Shown here one piece after another: positions 1 to 10,934 of a stretch of DNA of 37,775 bases; positions within the stretch are counted from its first letter, which is position 1, and each line of letters starts with the position of its first letter. A model generated the notes under the pieces. That model was not told the DNA's origin and did not search any database. It was given only the letters and a program-made list of their open reading frames with translations. The position numbers and the translations under genes were made by a program. Origin of the DNA: Chiloscyllium plagiosum (lineage: Eukaryota); contig NW_025215306.1 in NCBI RefSeq assembly GCF_004010195.1, positions 42,199 to 79,973 on the forward strand. The letters run 5' to 3'.

Positions 1-41
1 CCATCCACCCCTGCACCTCCTCCCCCCACCCTTGTAAAACA

Positions 42-317
42 CTTCAATGAACATGCCTCCTCCCTTCCCTGAAGACTGCTCCACAGACTGTGCACCCTCC
101 CAGAGAAAAAGCATTGTTCCTAATTTCCTGAAACTAAAAGGTCCCTTGTTTTAATATTGTTCGCTCATTCTTCCCTTAACTCTTCAATGAACATGCCTCC
201 TCCCTTCCCTGAAGACTGCTCCACAGACTGTGCACCCTCCCAGAGAAAAAGCATTGTTCCTAATTTCCTGAAACTAAAAGGTCCCTTGTTTTAATATTGT
301 TCGCTCATTCTTCCCTT
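42..317 (+). repeat. Tandem duplication, 2 x 136 bp (period 140)
   Basis: 42-177 matches 182-317; the segment is single-copy in flank C. Confidence 0.92.
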
Positions 318-449
318 TCCCATGAAGGGAAACATCCTTTCAGTGTCATGTTACATCCCCTCAGCATCTTAATGTCTTACAATTACCTCTAATTTTTTCT
401 AAACTGGAATGAAGACATACTTTGTCTATCCAACCTTTCCTCAAATGTC

Positions 450-808
450 CTCATTTCAAGAATCCCTTGTGTGAATATTGTATCACTTATTCAATGAAGG
501 GAATGTTTGCCTGCACCTCACCTAAAAAATATTTCCCACAGAGGGTGGGAGTGCATGGGATCACAACAGCTGGTGGAAGTAGGCACGTTAGCAATGTTTA
601 AGGCCATCTTGATAGTCACATGAACAGGAGCTCATTTCAAGAATCCCTTGTGAATATTGTATCACTTATTCAATGAAGGGAAAGTTTGCCTGCACCTCAC
701 CTAAAAAATATTTCCCCAGAGGGTGGGAGTGCATGGGATCACAACAGCTGGTGGAAGTAGGCACATTAGCAATGTTTAAGGCCATCTTGATAGTCACATG
801 AACAGGAG
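450..808 (+). repeat. Tandem duplication, 2 x ~180 bp
   Basis: ctcatttcaagaatccc...atgaacaggag at 450-630 and 631-808, with few differences. Confidence 0.92.
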
Positions 809-1287
809 TCAAACAGGGAGAGAAACCACAAATAGTGGGTCAAAATCAGAATTAGCAATCAGTGCAGTTTGGTGGGCTGTAGGGCCTGTTCCTGTGCTCT
901 ATTGTATAAGTTGACTAAAACTGTGCCGAGTAATCTGGATGCAGTCTTTCCAGTGGCCTGTACAACTGTTTACCATATTCTATTCCCTTTTCTAATTAAC
1001 AGTCTTCCATTTATCTTCCAATGTAGTTGGCTCTCAGCAGAGTATGTGCAGTCCATTGTGACCCTACTGCCCCAAAGCAATCAGGTGCCCTTTTCCAGTC
1101 CCAGCTTCCTGAACACAGCAGGTAGGGCTACAGCTTACAGCACTGATGGTGAAGATACAGCTAATTTTGTAAAATAGCTTAGAGTCTCTGCTTCTACCAG
1201 TAGCTCGGGCAGTGAGCTCCAGCCACCCCCCAGCCTCTGCAGGAAATGTACTTCCTCATGTCCTCTCTAACCTTTCTGCTGTTTTAT

Positions 1288-1606
1288 CTTGAATCTATAA
1301 TCTCTGGTTTTGAAACTCCCTCCTAAAGGAAACCGGTTCCTCCTGTTCGCTGTCTCTACCCCTCACCATTCTGTGTGCATCAATCTTGTCACATCCTCAG
1401 CCTTCTCTAATCCAAGGAAAACTACCCCAACCTCTCCAATCCCCTTTAGCTTGAATCTATAATCTCTGGTTTTGAAACTTCCTCCTAAAGGAAACCGGTT
1501 CCTCCTGTTCACTGTCTCTACCCCTCACCATTCTGTGTGCATCAATCTTGTCACATCCTCAGCCTTCTCTAATCCAAGGAAAACAACCCCAACCTCTCCA
1601 ATCCCC
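1288..1606 (+). repeat. Tandem duplication, period 162 bp, inside an old CR1 3' fragment
   Basis: cttgaatctataatctctgg...tccaatcccc at 1288-1444 and 1450-1606. Confidence 0.92.
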
Positions 1607-1649
1607 AATCATTATGACAATTCTCCATCCCTGGCAATATTTACTAGCT

Positions 1650-1933
1650 TACTTAGTATGGAAACAGGCCCTTTGGCTCAACAATTTCACACACACCGGC
1701 TGAAGTGTGACCCACCCAGACTCATTTCCCTCTGACTAATGCACCTAAGCCTACGGGCAATTTAGCATGAATAATTCACCTAACCTGCACATCTTTGGAC
1801 TGTGGGAGGAAACTGGAGCACCTGGAGGAAACCCACACAGACACAGGGAGAATGTGCAAACTCCACAGTTGCCTGAGGCAGGAATTGAACCCAGCTCTCT
1901 GGTGCGGAGAGGCAGCAGTGCTAACCACCGTGC
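1650..1933 (-). mobile_element. HE1-type V-SINE
   Basis: Reverse complement of the tRNA head (gcacggtggttagcactgctgcctc), V domain (tgggtttcctcc.ggtgctcc) and gggcctgtttcc tail. Confidence 0.88.
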
Positions 1934-3361
1934 CTGGAATGTGGTGACCAGAACTGCATGGAGTACTCCAGGTGTGCCCTCACCACTGCATTACACAGTT
2001 CCATCATTATATCCTGACTTTTGTATGCTATCCCTTTTTGCCAGGGAAGGAGAGCATTCCATCTGCCTTCACAACCATATCTACTTGTACTGCTTTAGGG
2101 ACCTGTGGACTTCCACACCAAGATCTCACTTCATCTACTCTCCATTCCCATTTATTGCTGATTCCCTTTTACTGTTTGCCCTCTTAGTGCATCACCTCCC
2201 ACTGACAGCATATGAAGCATGTATCAGGACACCAAGCTCCCTCTGAAACTCCGAGTTCTGCAACTTCTCTCCATTTAAGTAATCTGCTTTTTTTATTCTT
2301 CCTGCTGATGTGAGCAAGTTCACACTTTGCAATATTTCCCTACCCTTCTCCAAATCTCTCAAGATACAGTGACCTTGAAGATATCAATTCATGTGCTGGG
2401 CCCCTTCAGACTAAGGGATGGTGATTTTTCTGACTTCTCCAGTTGCTTATCCATCACCATTCTTGACAGGATGTGAAAAAATCTTTGTTCCGCATTCTGC
2501 AGAGCAATGTGTGAATACCTCATTGCTGTTAATGTTCAGAACTGTGCCTGCTATCCTCATCAATTGAGGGTAATACTGGAGTTGGTAATGCTCAATGATT
2601 GGCCTGGATTCTCCAGGAATTGAGAATCACTGTTTTGATCACTTCTGTTTATGATTGTGAGGAAATATAAAGAAATGGTGGATGTGACTACATTTACAAC
2701 GGTCAAAAGACATTTGGATAAGGCAAGGTTTGGAGTGATATGAGCCAGGAGCAGGCGCTGGGGGAATAGTTTAGTTTGGGATTTTGTTTGACACGCTCCG
2801 GTGAAAGATCTCTTGCCATGCTCTATGGCTCTGTGACAGAATAAAGGATTATATTGTTTTGTTGCCATTTTCTTGAAAGTATCTCTTGACTAGATGTAAG
2901 AATGTTGTGAAGAGGAATAAAGGCTGTTTGGGGAACAAGCATTTAAATAATGAGGCATTTTGCTTCCCAATTGGTGGAGGAATACAGTGTGTCAGAAGGA
3001 TGCATGTTTTGACCAACAAATGCCGGAAGAGTGGGGGGCAAGTTATGTCATGAAACCTCTCAGAATCTATCTGAGCACGGTTGGAAACCCTCGAGATCCA
3101 TTAAAATCCTCTGCTGTGCTGATATTGGTCACCTCTCTGAAATTACATTGAAGCAGAGTGATATCCCGGTTTGAAGGGGATTGGGGAGGGTCACCAGGTT
3201 ACACATTGAGGTCGAATAATTTTGCAGCCACAGCACTCTGATCCCAGTTTTAGGGCCACTAGGATCTGTCCTCTACTCATGAAAACCAGCGGGAGGACCA
3301 CGCTAAGCAATGGGAGAGGTGGTGCCATATCACTTGCTATTCCACAGAGGGGGGGTACATT

Positions 3362-3703
3362 ACAGTGGTATTATTGCTGGACTGTTAATCCAGTCACCCA
3401 CATAATGTCTGGTCACCTGTGTTTAAGTCCCACCATGGTAGACAGTGAAATTGGAAGTCAATACATCTGAAATTCAGAGTCCCATGATGAGCATGAATCC
3501 ATTGTCAATTGTCGGAAAACCCCATCTAGTTCAATAATGTACCTTAAGGAGGGAAACTGCCATCCATACCTGGTCTGGCCTAGATGTGACACCAGACCCA
3601 CAGCAATGTGGTTGAATCATAACTGCCCTCTGGGCAATTAGGGATGGGCAATAAATGCTGGCCCAGCCAGTGATACGGTCATCATGTGAATGAATAAATA
3701 AAA
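3362..3703 (+). mobile_element. tRNA-derived shark SINE (SacSINE1-like)
   Basis: gtggtattattgctggac A-box-like and gtttaagtcc B-box-like motifs, conserved body cctggtctggcctag...ccacagcaatgtggttg, ending gaatgaataaataaaa. Family name recalled from memory, not searched. Confidence 0.65.
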
Positions 3704-3719
3704 CACTTTGCTCTCCGCT

Positions 3720-3850
3720 CAACATCCTTGTGCTGGGCCCACTGTAACATTGCAAAGAATCACAATGCAAGCTCAAGAAACAACACTTCATTTTCTACTG
3801 AGACATTTTACAGTTTCCAGGACTCAATACTGAATTCCACAATATTAGAC
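3720..3850 (+). mobile_element. Penelope-like element remnant (C-terminus of GIY-YIG endonuclease)
   Basis: Degenerate SQCKLKKQHFIF.L..LQFPGLNTEF, similar to 9160-9270. Paralog at ~25840-25970. Confidence 0.55.
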
Positions 3851-5429
3851 ACCCGTCCTCCATTTCTCATGCAATCTCACCAACCTCCCCTCTCCCTCAA
3901 GGCTGTATCTAGTTTATTTCATTTCCAGCTGAGAGGACCCATTTGCTCCCTATCATGCCTTAATTTACACCCAACTCTCTTTCTCTTTCACCACAATTAG
4001 TGACCCCCTTGTCTCTTGCAGTGAGTGTCTACACCATTTGCCCCCCTTGCTCCTGTCCCCTCCACCTCGCTTTGTGTGAAAAACATAAAAAGGTATTTTC
4101 CAACACAGTTCAGAATGGGTTCTGGGTAATCCAAGATGGAGGACAGGGAAAAATTGAGACTGTAAGAGTTGCTCCTTTTTTGAGGTACTTCATGGGTTGG
4201 AAGTGATTTGCTCAAATTCCAGGAGCAGCAATTACTGTTTTATATACTGTTGCATTGTTTTGGAACGCTGGGGAAAAAGATCAAAACAACAGCACTTTTA
4301 AAAGGAGGAAGACACGAAAGGCAGTGACCACATGGTCAATGAGGGAGAGAGAGAAAGAAACACTGATTACTGACACAGCAGTGACTCTCCACAGTTACTG
4401 CCTTTGCTGTTTGAGTTCAAATATCTCTGGACATCGTTGTGCAACGAGGAACAATTTAAAAAACAGCAACATTCACAGCTGACCTTGGATGAACCTGCGT
4501 GGGAGAGCTCACAGCACAGGAACAGATAAATGCATAGTTTTTAACATGTAACCTTGCTGTAATTTTACAGTTTCCAGGACTCAATACTGAATTCCACAAT
4601 ATTAGACACCCGTCCTCCATTTCTCATGCAATCTCACCAACCTCCCCTCTCCCTCAAGGCTGTATCTAGTTTATTTCATTTCCAGCTGAGAGGACCCATT
4701 TGCTCCCTATCATGCCTTAATTTACACCCAACTCTCTTTCTCTTTCACCACAATTAGTGACCCCCTTGTCTCTTGCAGTGAGTGTCTACACCATTTGCCC
4801 CCCTTGCTCCTGTCCCCTCCACCTCGCTTTGTGTGAAACCAACTCTCTTTCTCTTTCACCACAATTAGTGACCACCTTGTGTCTTGCAGTGAGTGTCTAC
4901 ACCATTTGCCCCCCTTGCTCCTGTCCCCTCCACCTCGCTTTGTGTGAAAAACATAAAAAGGTATTTTCCAACACAGTTCAGAATGGGTTCTGGGTAATCC
5001 AAGATGGAGGATGGGGAAAAATTGAGACTGTAAGAGTTGCTCCTTTTTTGAGGTATTTCATGGGTTGGAGGTGATTTGCTCAAATTCCAGGAGCAGCAAT
5101 TACTGTTTTATATACTGTTGCATTGTTTTGGAACGCTGGGGAAAAAGATCAAAACAACAGCACTTTTAAAAGGAGGAAGACACGAAAGGAAGACACATGG
5201 TCAATGAGGGAGAGAGAGAAAGAAACACTGATTACTGACACAGCAGTGAATCTGCACAGTTACTGCCTTTGCTGTTTGAGTTCAAATATCTCTGGACATC
5301 GTTGTGCATCGAGGAACAATTTAAAAAACAGGAACATTCACAGCTGACCTTGGATGAACCTGCGTGGGAGAGCTCACAGCACAGGAACAGATAAATGCAT
5401 AGTTTTTAACATGTAACCTTGCTGCAATT
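3805..5429 (+). repeat. Tandem duplication, period 757 bp, with a nested 111 bp duplication
   Basis: 3805-4561 is repeated from 4562. Within the second unit, 4728-4838 is repeated at 4839-4949. Confidence 0.93.
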
Positions 5430-7116
5430 CTACAGTAGTGAATCGATTGGGTTCTTGATTATTGATATCTATCTCTTGATTGAATTTTAAAAATATAAAC
5501 CATAAGGACTAAATTAGCCTGGAGCACTGTTTTTGGACCAAAAAAAGGGTGCTATTTTGTTGGTCTGTAGATTGTGAAGGAGAAAAGATGCCTTTCGTAG
5601 AGTGATGTGCTCTTCCTGTGGGATGTGGGAGATTAGGTAGTGTTTCCATGTTACTGATCATTATGTCTGCAGAAAGTGTCTTTGGTTGTGAATCCTATCA
5701 GATCGCATGGATTGGTTGGAGCAACAGTTAGAGGCAATGAGGAATTTACAGGAACTAGGGGGTATGATGGATGGCAGTTACAGGAAGGGAAAAACAAACA
5801 CAGATACAGTCAGGTACATGGGTTAACTCCAGGAAAGGTAGAAGGGGTAGGCAGGTGGTGTAGAAGTCTCCTGTGGGTATCCCCATCTCAAATAAGGATG
5901 CTGTTTTGGAAAATGTAAGGGGTGATAGACTCTCAGGGGAGTGTAGCACGAACATCCAACTTCCTGGTATCAAGACTGGTTGTAATGTAACGAGGGGTAC
6001 ATTGGCTTCCAAGCGATCGATTGTAGTAGGTGACTCCCTTGTCAGAGGCACAGACAGCAGTGAAAAATCTGAATGGCATGTTGCCTCCCTGGTGTCAGTA
6101 TCAAGGATATCTCAGAGAGGGTGCAGAGTGTTCTCAAAGGAGAGAGGGACCATTATACACATTGGACCCAACGACATAGGAAAAGGATGTGATTCTGAAG
6201 AGAGAATATCGAAAGTTAGGCAGGAATTTAAAAAGGACGTTCACGAGGGGCGTATTATCTGGATTACTCCCGGTGCTACAACCCAGTGAGGGTCGGAATA
6301 GGAGGATAAAGCAGATAAATGTATGGCTGAGGAGATGGTGCAGGAGTAGAAGGGCTAACATTGTGGGATCATTAGAATTTCTTCTGGGATAGAAGTGATC
6401 TGTACAAGAAGAATGGATTGCACCTGAATTGGAAGGGGACTAATACACTGGCAGGGAGTTTTTAAACTAGTAAGGTGGGACCCGAACAAAGCAGAGAACA
6501 GCATATGACTGACAAATTAAACTGCATTCATTTCAATACAAGAGGCTGAACAGGGAAGGCAGATGAACACAGGACATGGTTAGAAACATGAGACTGGGAT
6601 ATCATAGCAATTATAGAAACATGGCTTATGGATGGACAGGACTGGCAGATTAATGTTCCTGGATACAAATGGAAGGATAGAAAGGGAGACAAGAGAGGAG
6701 GGGGAAATGGTGTTTTTGATAGGGGATAGCATTACTGCTGTATGTATTTCTGGCAATACATCCAGGGAAGTTACTTGGGTGGAACTGAGAAATACAAAAT
6801 GAATAATAACCCATTGGGATTGTATTATACATCCCCTAATAGCGGGAAATTGAGAAATAAATTTGTAAGGAGATTTCAGTTATCTGTAAGAATATGGTAG
6901 GGGGTTTTAACTTTCCAAACATAGATTAGGACTGCCATTGTGGTAAAGTTTTAGATGGAAAGGAATTTGTTCAGTGTGTACAAGAACATTTCCTGATTCA
7001 GTATGTGGATGTACCTACTAGAGAAGGTGCAATACTTGACCTACTCTTGGGAAATAATGCAGGGCAGGTGACTGAGGTGTCAGTGGGGGAGCACTTTGGG
7101 GCCAGTGACCGTAATT
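4970..7116 (+). mobile_element. CR1 LINE 5' half: leader, ORF1 (Zn finger plus SGNH esterase) and ORF2 AP endonuclease; decayed
   Basis: VMCSSCGMWE...YVCRKC at ~5600; IVVGDSLVRGTD, IHIGPNDIG and GLHLN; WDIIAIIETWL, GGFNFPNID, PTREGAILDLLLGN and HFGASDRNS. Multiple frameshifts. The 5' boundary is approximate. Confidence 0.85.
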
Positions 7117-7321
7117 CATGTGGAAGCACATTATCTGAAATGGCAAGTTTAAAGAACAGTGAGGGTTTACCCAAATGAATGAATGAAACACGGAAGGAAG
7201 GAATTACTTAACAAGCCCCGTGTTCCCAGGCCAGTCACAGATTGCAATAACCTGGACAGAAAGAATCGATTTATTGCGATATGGGAAACCCCGCCGTGGA
7301 GCAGGGAGCTGCTGCACTGCG

Positions 7322-7352
7322 ATTGGTTTCCTCACCAATTAGCGGCTATAAA
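7322..7352 (+). promoter_or_regulatory. ZP core promoter: inverted CCAAT pair and TATA box
   Basis: ATTGG 7322-7326, CCAAT 7335-7339 and TATAAA 7347-7352, which starts 48 nt before the ATG. The region is locally CpG-rich. Confidence 0.75.
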
Positions 7353-7394
7353 GCGGGTTGGTGCTCAGGGGCGGGCACAGATTCAGGCAGCGCG

Positions 7395-7599
7395 ATGGGA
7401 CATTGGTTGGTTTGGTGTCTGTACCTTTGGGCCGCTCGGCCCTTCCTGGTCTCTGCTGTGTGTCCTCCGGAGCCGGGCTGGAGGCTGCCGTGTGGCCTGG
7501 CCACTATCAACAGCACTGAGTGCATCAAGCAGGGCTGCTGCTTTCAGTCCCCGAGTCTCAGTGGGCAATCCTGTTTCTACAACCTGAGAGACAGCCCAG
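7395..7599 (+). CDS. zp4: ZP copy 1 exon 1: signal peptide plus trefoil (P-type) domain
   Basis: gcgATGG Kozak context. MGHWLVWCLYLWAARPFLVSA is followed by VCPPEPGWRLPCGLATINSTECIKQGCCFQSPSLSGQSCFY, a six-Cys trefoil with R.pCG, CCF and CFY motifs. Donor CAG|GTAAGC, phase 1. Confidence 0.9.
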
Positions 7600-8084
7600 G
7601 TAAGCAGCCCAGCCTCCTCCCGGAGCGGAGCCCACCCCGAATGGGGGGGGGAAGGAAGCATGAGGACCACCCCAGGCTGGCACTGAGGAAATAACCCGGG
7701 ACTTGTTGGTGTTTCCTTGTGCAATGGTGAAGGGCTGTTTGTGGGAGTCAGTGGGAGGAAGGCAAAGGGGCCTGTCCCTGAGGAAATAACCCAGGAACAT
7801 GATGCTGTCCCTCCCTAGTCAAGTAGGGGATAATCCCGAGTGAAGCGGCTGGTTGGTTTGATGATGGATAATGTTATCCTGGTCTCATGGTGTTTAATAA
7901 CCAGCTTTATCAGGGGTTTGACCTGAGGGTTAACTTGCTATGATATTGCAAAGATTCCCAGTGCCCCTGTAATGTTGAGGTGTCTCATTTGCTGTAACTG
8001 TTAATGGCTTCAGTTAGAAACTGCGCAGCTGAAACGATGCTGCTTGGGATTGTGGTCAGAGTTCTCTTACCAAGGAAAAGCTGG

Positions 8085-8254
8085 TGTCACCATAGGGAGA
8101 TGATTGACAGCTTCTACATACTCACTGGTGGAGTGAGTGCTTGGGGTGGATAAATCACCTGGTCTGTGTATGTCACCATAGGGAGGTGATTGACAGCTTC
8201 TACATACTCACTGGTGGAGTGAGTGCTTGGTGGATAAATCACCTGGTCTGTGTA
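8085..8254 (+). repeat. Tandem duplication, 2 x ~85 bp
   Basis: tgtcaccataggga...ggtctgtgta at 8085-8170 and 8171-8254. Confidence 0.9.
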
Positions 8255-8359
8255 GCTGGTATCCTCCATGTTAAAGGAGGTGGAGATAAATTACTACACA
8301 CTTTTCAGATTCCACCCTCATTGGAGTGAGGTAGAATGGGCTTGTGCTTTTCTCATGTT

Positions 8360-9570
8360 TGTGGGTGACTTACTATCCACAACCACCTCAAACCCCACCA
8401 ATTCCCACAGCTACCTTGACAACACAGCCTCTCTCTTTCCCCCTCATTTCACAAAAATGTGATTCCCATACTTTCAATTTCTGACTCTACTGTATCTCTT
8501 CCCAGGATGAGGATTCCATTCCAGGACAACCCAAGATGTTCTTCATCCATTGAGGGCATTATTAATCACAGGGGACAGGGTGTAACTACCCCTGTCCCCT
8601 GTGATTAATAATGCCCTCAAATGTATCTCCCGCTTCCTGCATCTCTGCCCTGCAATCCCCTTCTCTTCCTTCTGGCCTTATCCCTTCAAAGATATCCCTG
8701 GTCCTCCATACCACCACATCAAGTTCCAAAGCAACACCACCATCCTCTGCCATACTTTTGCTACCTGCAGATAGATTCCATCACCAAACAGATATTTCCT
8801 TCCCCACTGCTATCTGCTTTCTGCAGGGCCCACTGACTAAGTCCCTTGTCAGTTCCACATGCTATTTTCCCTCCTCCTGCCCCCTCACCCAAACATCTGG
8901 AACCTTTGCCTGCAACTGCACAAAATGCAATGCTGGCTCCTTCCTGTCTAAGGTCCCAAACAATCCTGCCACACTTGGCAGAGATTCACCTGCACCTCTC
9001 CCAGTCTGGTGTTTTTGCATCCATTGTTCCCAATTTTGAGTGTACCACCGTGTAGACTCAGGATCTGGTTTGTGAATCATTAGTGCTCTGTATGCTCCAA
9101 TCAACACCAGCTTCTGGTTGCTAGCCATTTCAACTCCTCCCACTTTGTGACACATTCCTCCTGGGCCTTCCTGCTGTCAAAATAAGGCCGCATACAAACT
9201 GGAGGAACAATACATCATGCTGTGTCAGTGGCTTACAGCCCAGTGGCCTTACACAGTTCACCAGCTTCTAAATCACTCCATCCCCCAACCTCATCCCACA
9301 TCCAGCCTTCCCTCTCCTCCTGCCTCCTTGACTGGACCTAACCTTTTCCTCTTCCCATGCACCTATCCAGTCCATCTTTCCCAAACTGTGTCCACCTATC
9401 ACCATCCCTCTACCTTCCTGTGGCCCCGCTACTTCCCTCTCCTTACCTGTGCTCCCCAGCCCTGATGAAGGGTCCCAACCCAGAAATGTTGACTTTCCTG
9501 CTCCTCTGATGCCTGGCCTGCTGTGCTTTTCCAGCTCCACACTTTATTGACACTGACTGCAGTTCTCGCT
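8360..9570 (+). mobile_element. Penelope-like retroelement 3' part (RT thumb, GIY-YIG domain, terminal repeat); decayed
   Basis: PTNSHSYLD, IPYFQFL, CNCTKC, QRFTCTS...FCIHCSQ and KLEEQYI motifs, followed by a pyrimidine-rich tract and a cctgatgaaggg...gaaa...ttttccagc terminus. Confidence 0.75.
8550..8620. repeat. Perfect 31 bp inverted repeat with a 9 nt spacer
   Basis: ttgagggcattattaatcacaggggacaggg (8550-8580) pairs with ccctgtcccctgtgattaataatgccctcaa (8590-8620). Confidence 0.95.
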
Positions 9571-10111
9571 CTCTCCAAATTGCTGAAAACTAGACCATAA
9601 AGCCTCTGCCAAGGATGCCAGCCTTTGAAGTCTTCCTCCTCTATCCATGAAGATCTGTGGGTGTCTTCCACTGCAAACCCTGGTCATCTCCTCCACCCTG
9701 AAGATCTTCAACCACATCCTGAAACATTCCTGTTACTACAGCCATGTCTCCTTCATCAGCACCTGCTGATGCAGCCAGCTCATCCCATGGACTCCAGACA
9801 ACATGTAGACCATCTCAATCCAGACCAAACATGATCATTGCTACCTCCAGCATGTTTACAGCCTCTAGAAAGTGCTGGCCCTGCAGATCCTCAGCTCCAC
9901 ACTGACAGCCATGCACTGACATCCCCTGTCACTACAGTCAGCCCTGCGCTGGCTCTGGGATGGGGTGGGGGAGGAGAGAAGAGGAGACTATCTCTCTCAG
10001 GCTAGCCAGCAAAAGACATTTGTTCTTCCTCAACCAAGGGTCTTTCTGTGCCCTATTGGACATCAAAGATGGCAAATCCACCAAAGACTCTCTCATATAT
10101 TCTTACCACCT

Positions 10112-10112
<1 letters not shown>

Positions 10113-10159
<47 letters not shown>

Positions 10160-10167
10160 CCACCCCC
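10113..10167 (+). repeat. Poly(C) tract near a contig end
   Basis: Run of more than 40 consecutive C. Confidence 0.9.
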
Positions 10168-10412
10168 ATTCCACCCTATCCCTGATCACCACCTGAATTT
10201 GTCTGATGCCATTAACCACACGTCTGCTCCAGCCAATCCTGCAGACACTACTGCCCAGGTGATTGTTTCCACATGTACCCACTCCCAACTCCAGGTTAAC
10301 ACCATCTCAGCTCTTCCCACCCCCTGTCCTCTCCCGTTTGGTTCAGGAACACTCCACCACCTTTTTCATAAAGCAATTAAACCAATCCTTCAGAAATTAA
10401 TCTCTTCCCATT

Positions 10413-10912
10413 NNNNNNNNNNNNNNNNNNNNNNNNNNNNNNNNNNNNNNNNNNNNNNNNNNNNNNNNNNNNNNNNNNNNNNNNNNNNNNNNNNNNNNNN
10501 NNNNNNNNNNNNNNNNNNNNNNNNNNNNNNNNNNNNNNNNNNNNNNNNNNNNNNNNNNNNNNNNNNNNNNNNNNNNNNNNNNNNNNNNNNNNNNNNNNNN
10601 NNNNNNNNNNNNNNNNNNNNNNNNNNNNNNNNNNNNNNNNNNNNNNNNNNNNNNNNNNNNNNNNNNNNNNNNNNNNNNNNNNNNNNNNNNNNNNNNNNNN
10701 NNNNNNNNNNNNNNNNNNNNNNNNNNNNNNNNNNNNNNNNNNNNNNNNNNNNNNNNNNNNNNNNNNNNNNNNNNNNNNNNNNNNNNNNNNNNNNNNNNNN
10801 NNNNNNNNNNNNNNNNNNNNNNNNNNNNNNNNNNNNNNNNNNNNNNNNNNNNNNNNNNNNNNNNNNNNNNNNNNNNNNNNNNNNNNNNNNNNNNNNNNNN
10901 NNNNNNNNNNNN
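10413..10912. other. Assembly gap (500 N) inside ZP intron 1
   Basis: Fixed-length N run. Confidence 0.99.
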
Positions 10913-10934
10913 AGAGTCAAGCACATCACTGGGG

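Larger units (their letters stand above)
1150..2340 (-). mobile_element. Old CR1 LINE 3' (RT C-terminal) fragment
   Basis: Degenerate equivalents of DLGV.V, MLSF...G.EYK and RPHLE..VQFW on the - strand. Paralogous copies at ~23800-24540 (-) and ~31545-32300 (+). Ends are approximate. Confidence 0.7.
1..7116 (+). repeat. Segmental duplication unit, flank A (ZP downstream flank)
   Basis: Colinear with ~22960-28240 (+) and with the reverse complement of ~35130-29413. The same order of embedded repeats is shared. Confidence 0.9.

Noticed and set aside
42..1606. CRISPR-like or prokaryotic repeat array
   Set aside because: These are two-copy duplications of 136-181 bp without unique spacers, in clearly vertebrate DNA.
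4000..5347. Repeated small ORFs (MTPLSLAVSV..., MFWNAGEKDQ...) as a peptide gene family
   Set aside because: They recur only because the DNA is duplicated, begin at non-ATG codons, and are not consistently preserved in flank B.
7281..7694. Stand-alone trefoil factor (TFF) gene or 137 aa single-exon ORF
   Set aside because: A TATA box lies inside the ORF's 5' part, the better ATG is 7395, and a phase-1 donor at 7600 matches the ZP-N exon at 15330. Trefoil plus ZP is the ZPB architecture. Residual doubt remains because of the intervening gap.
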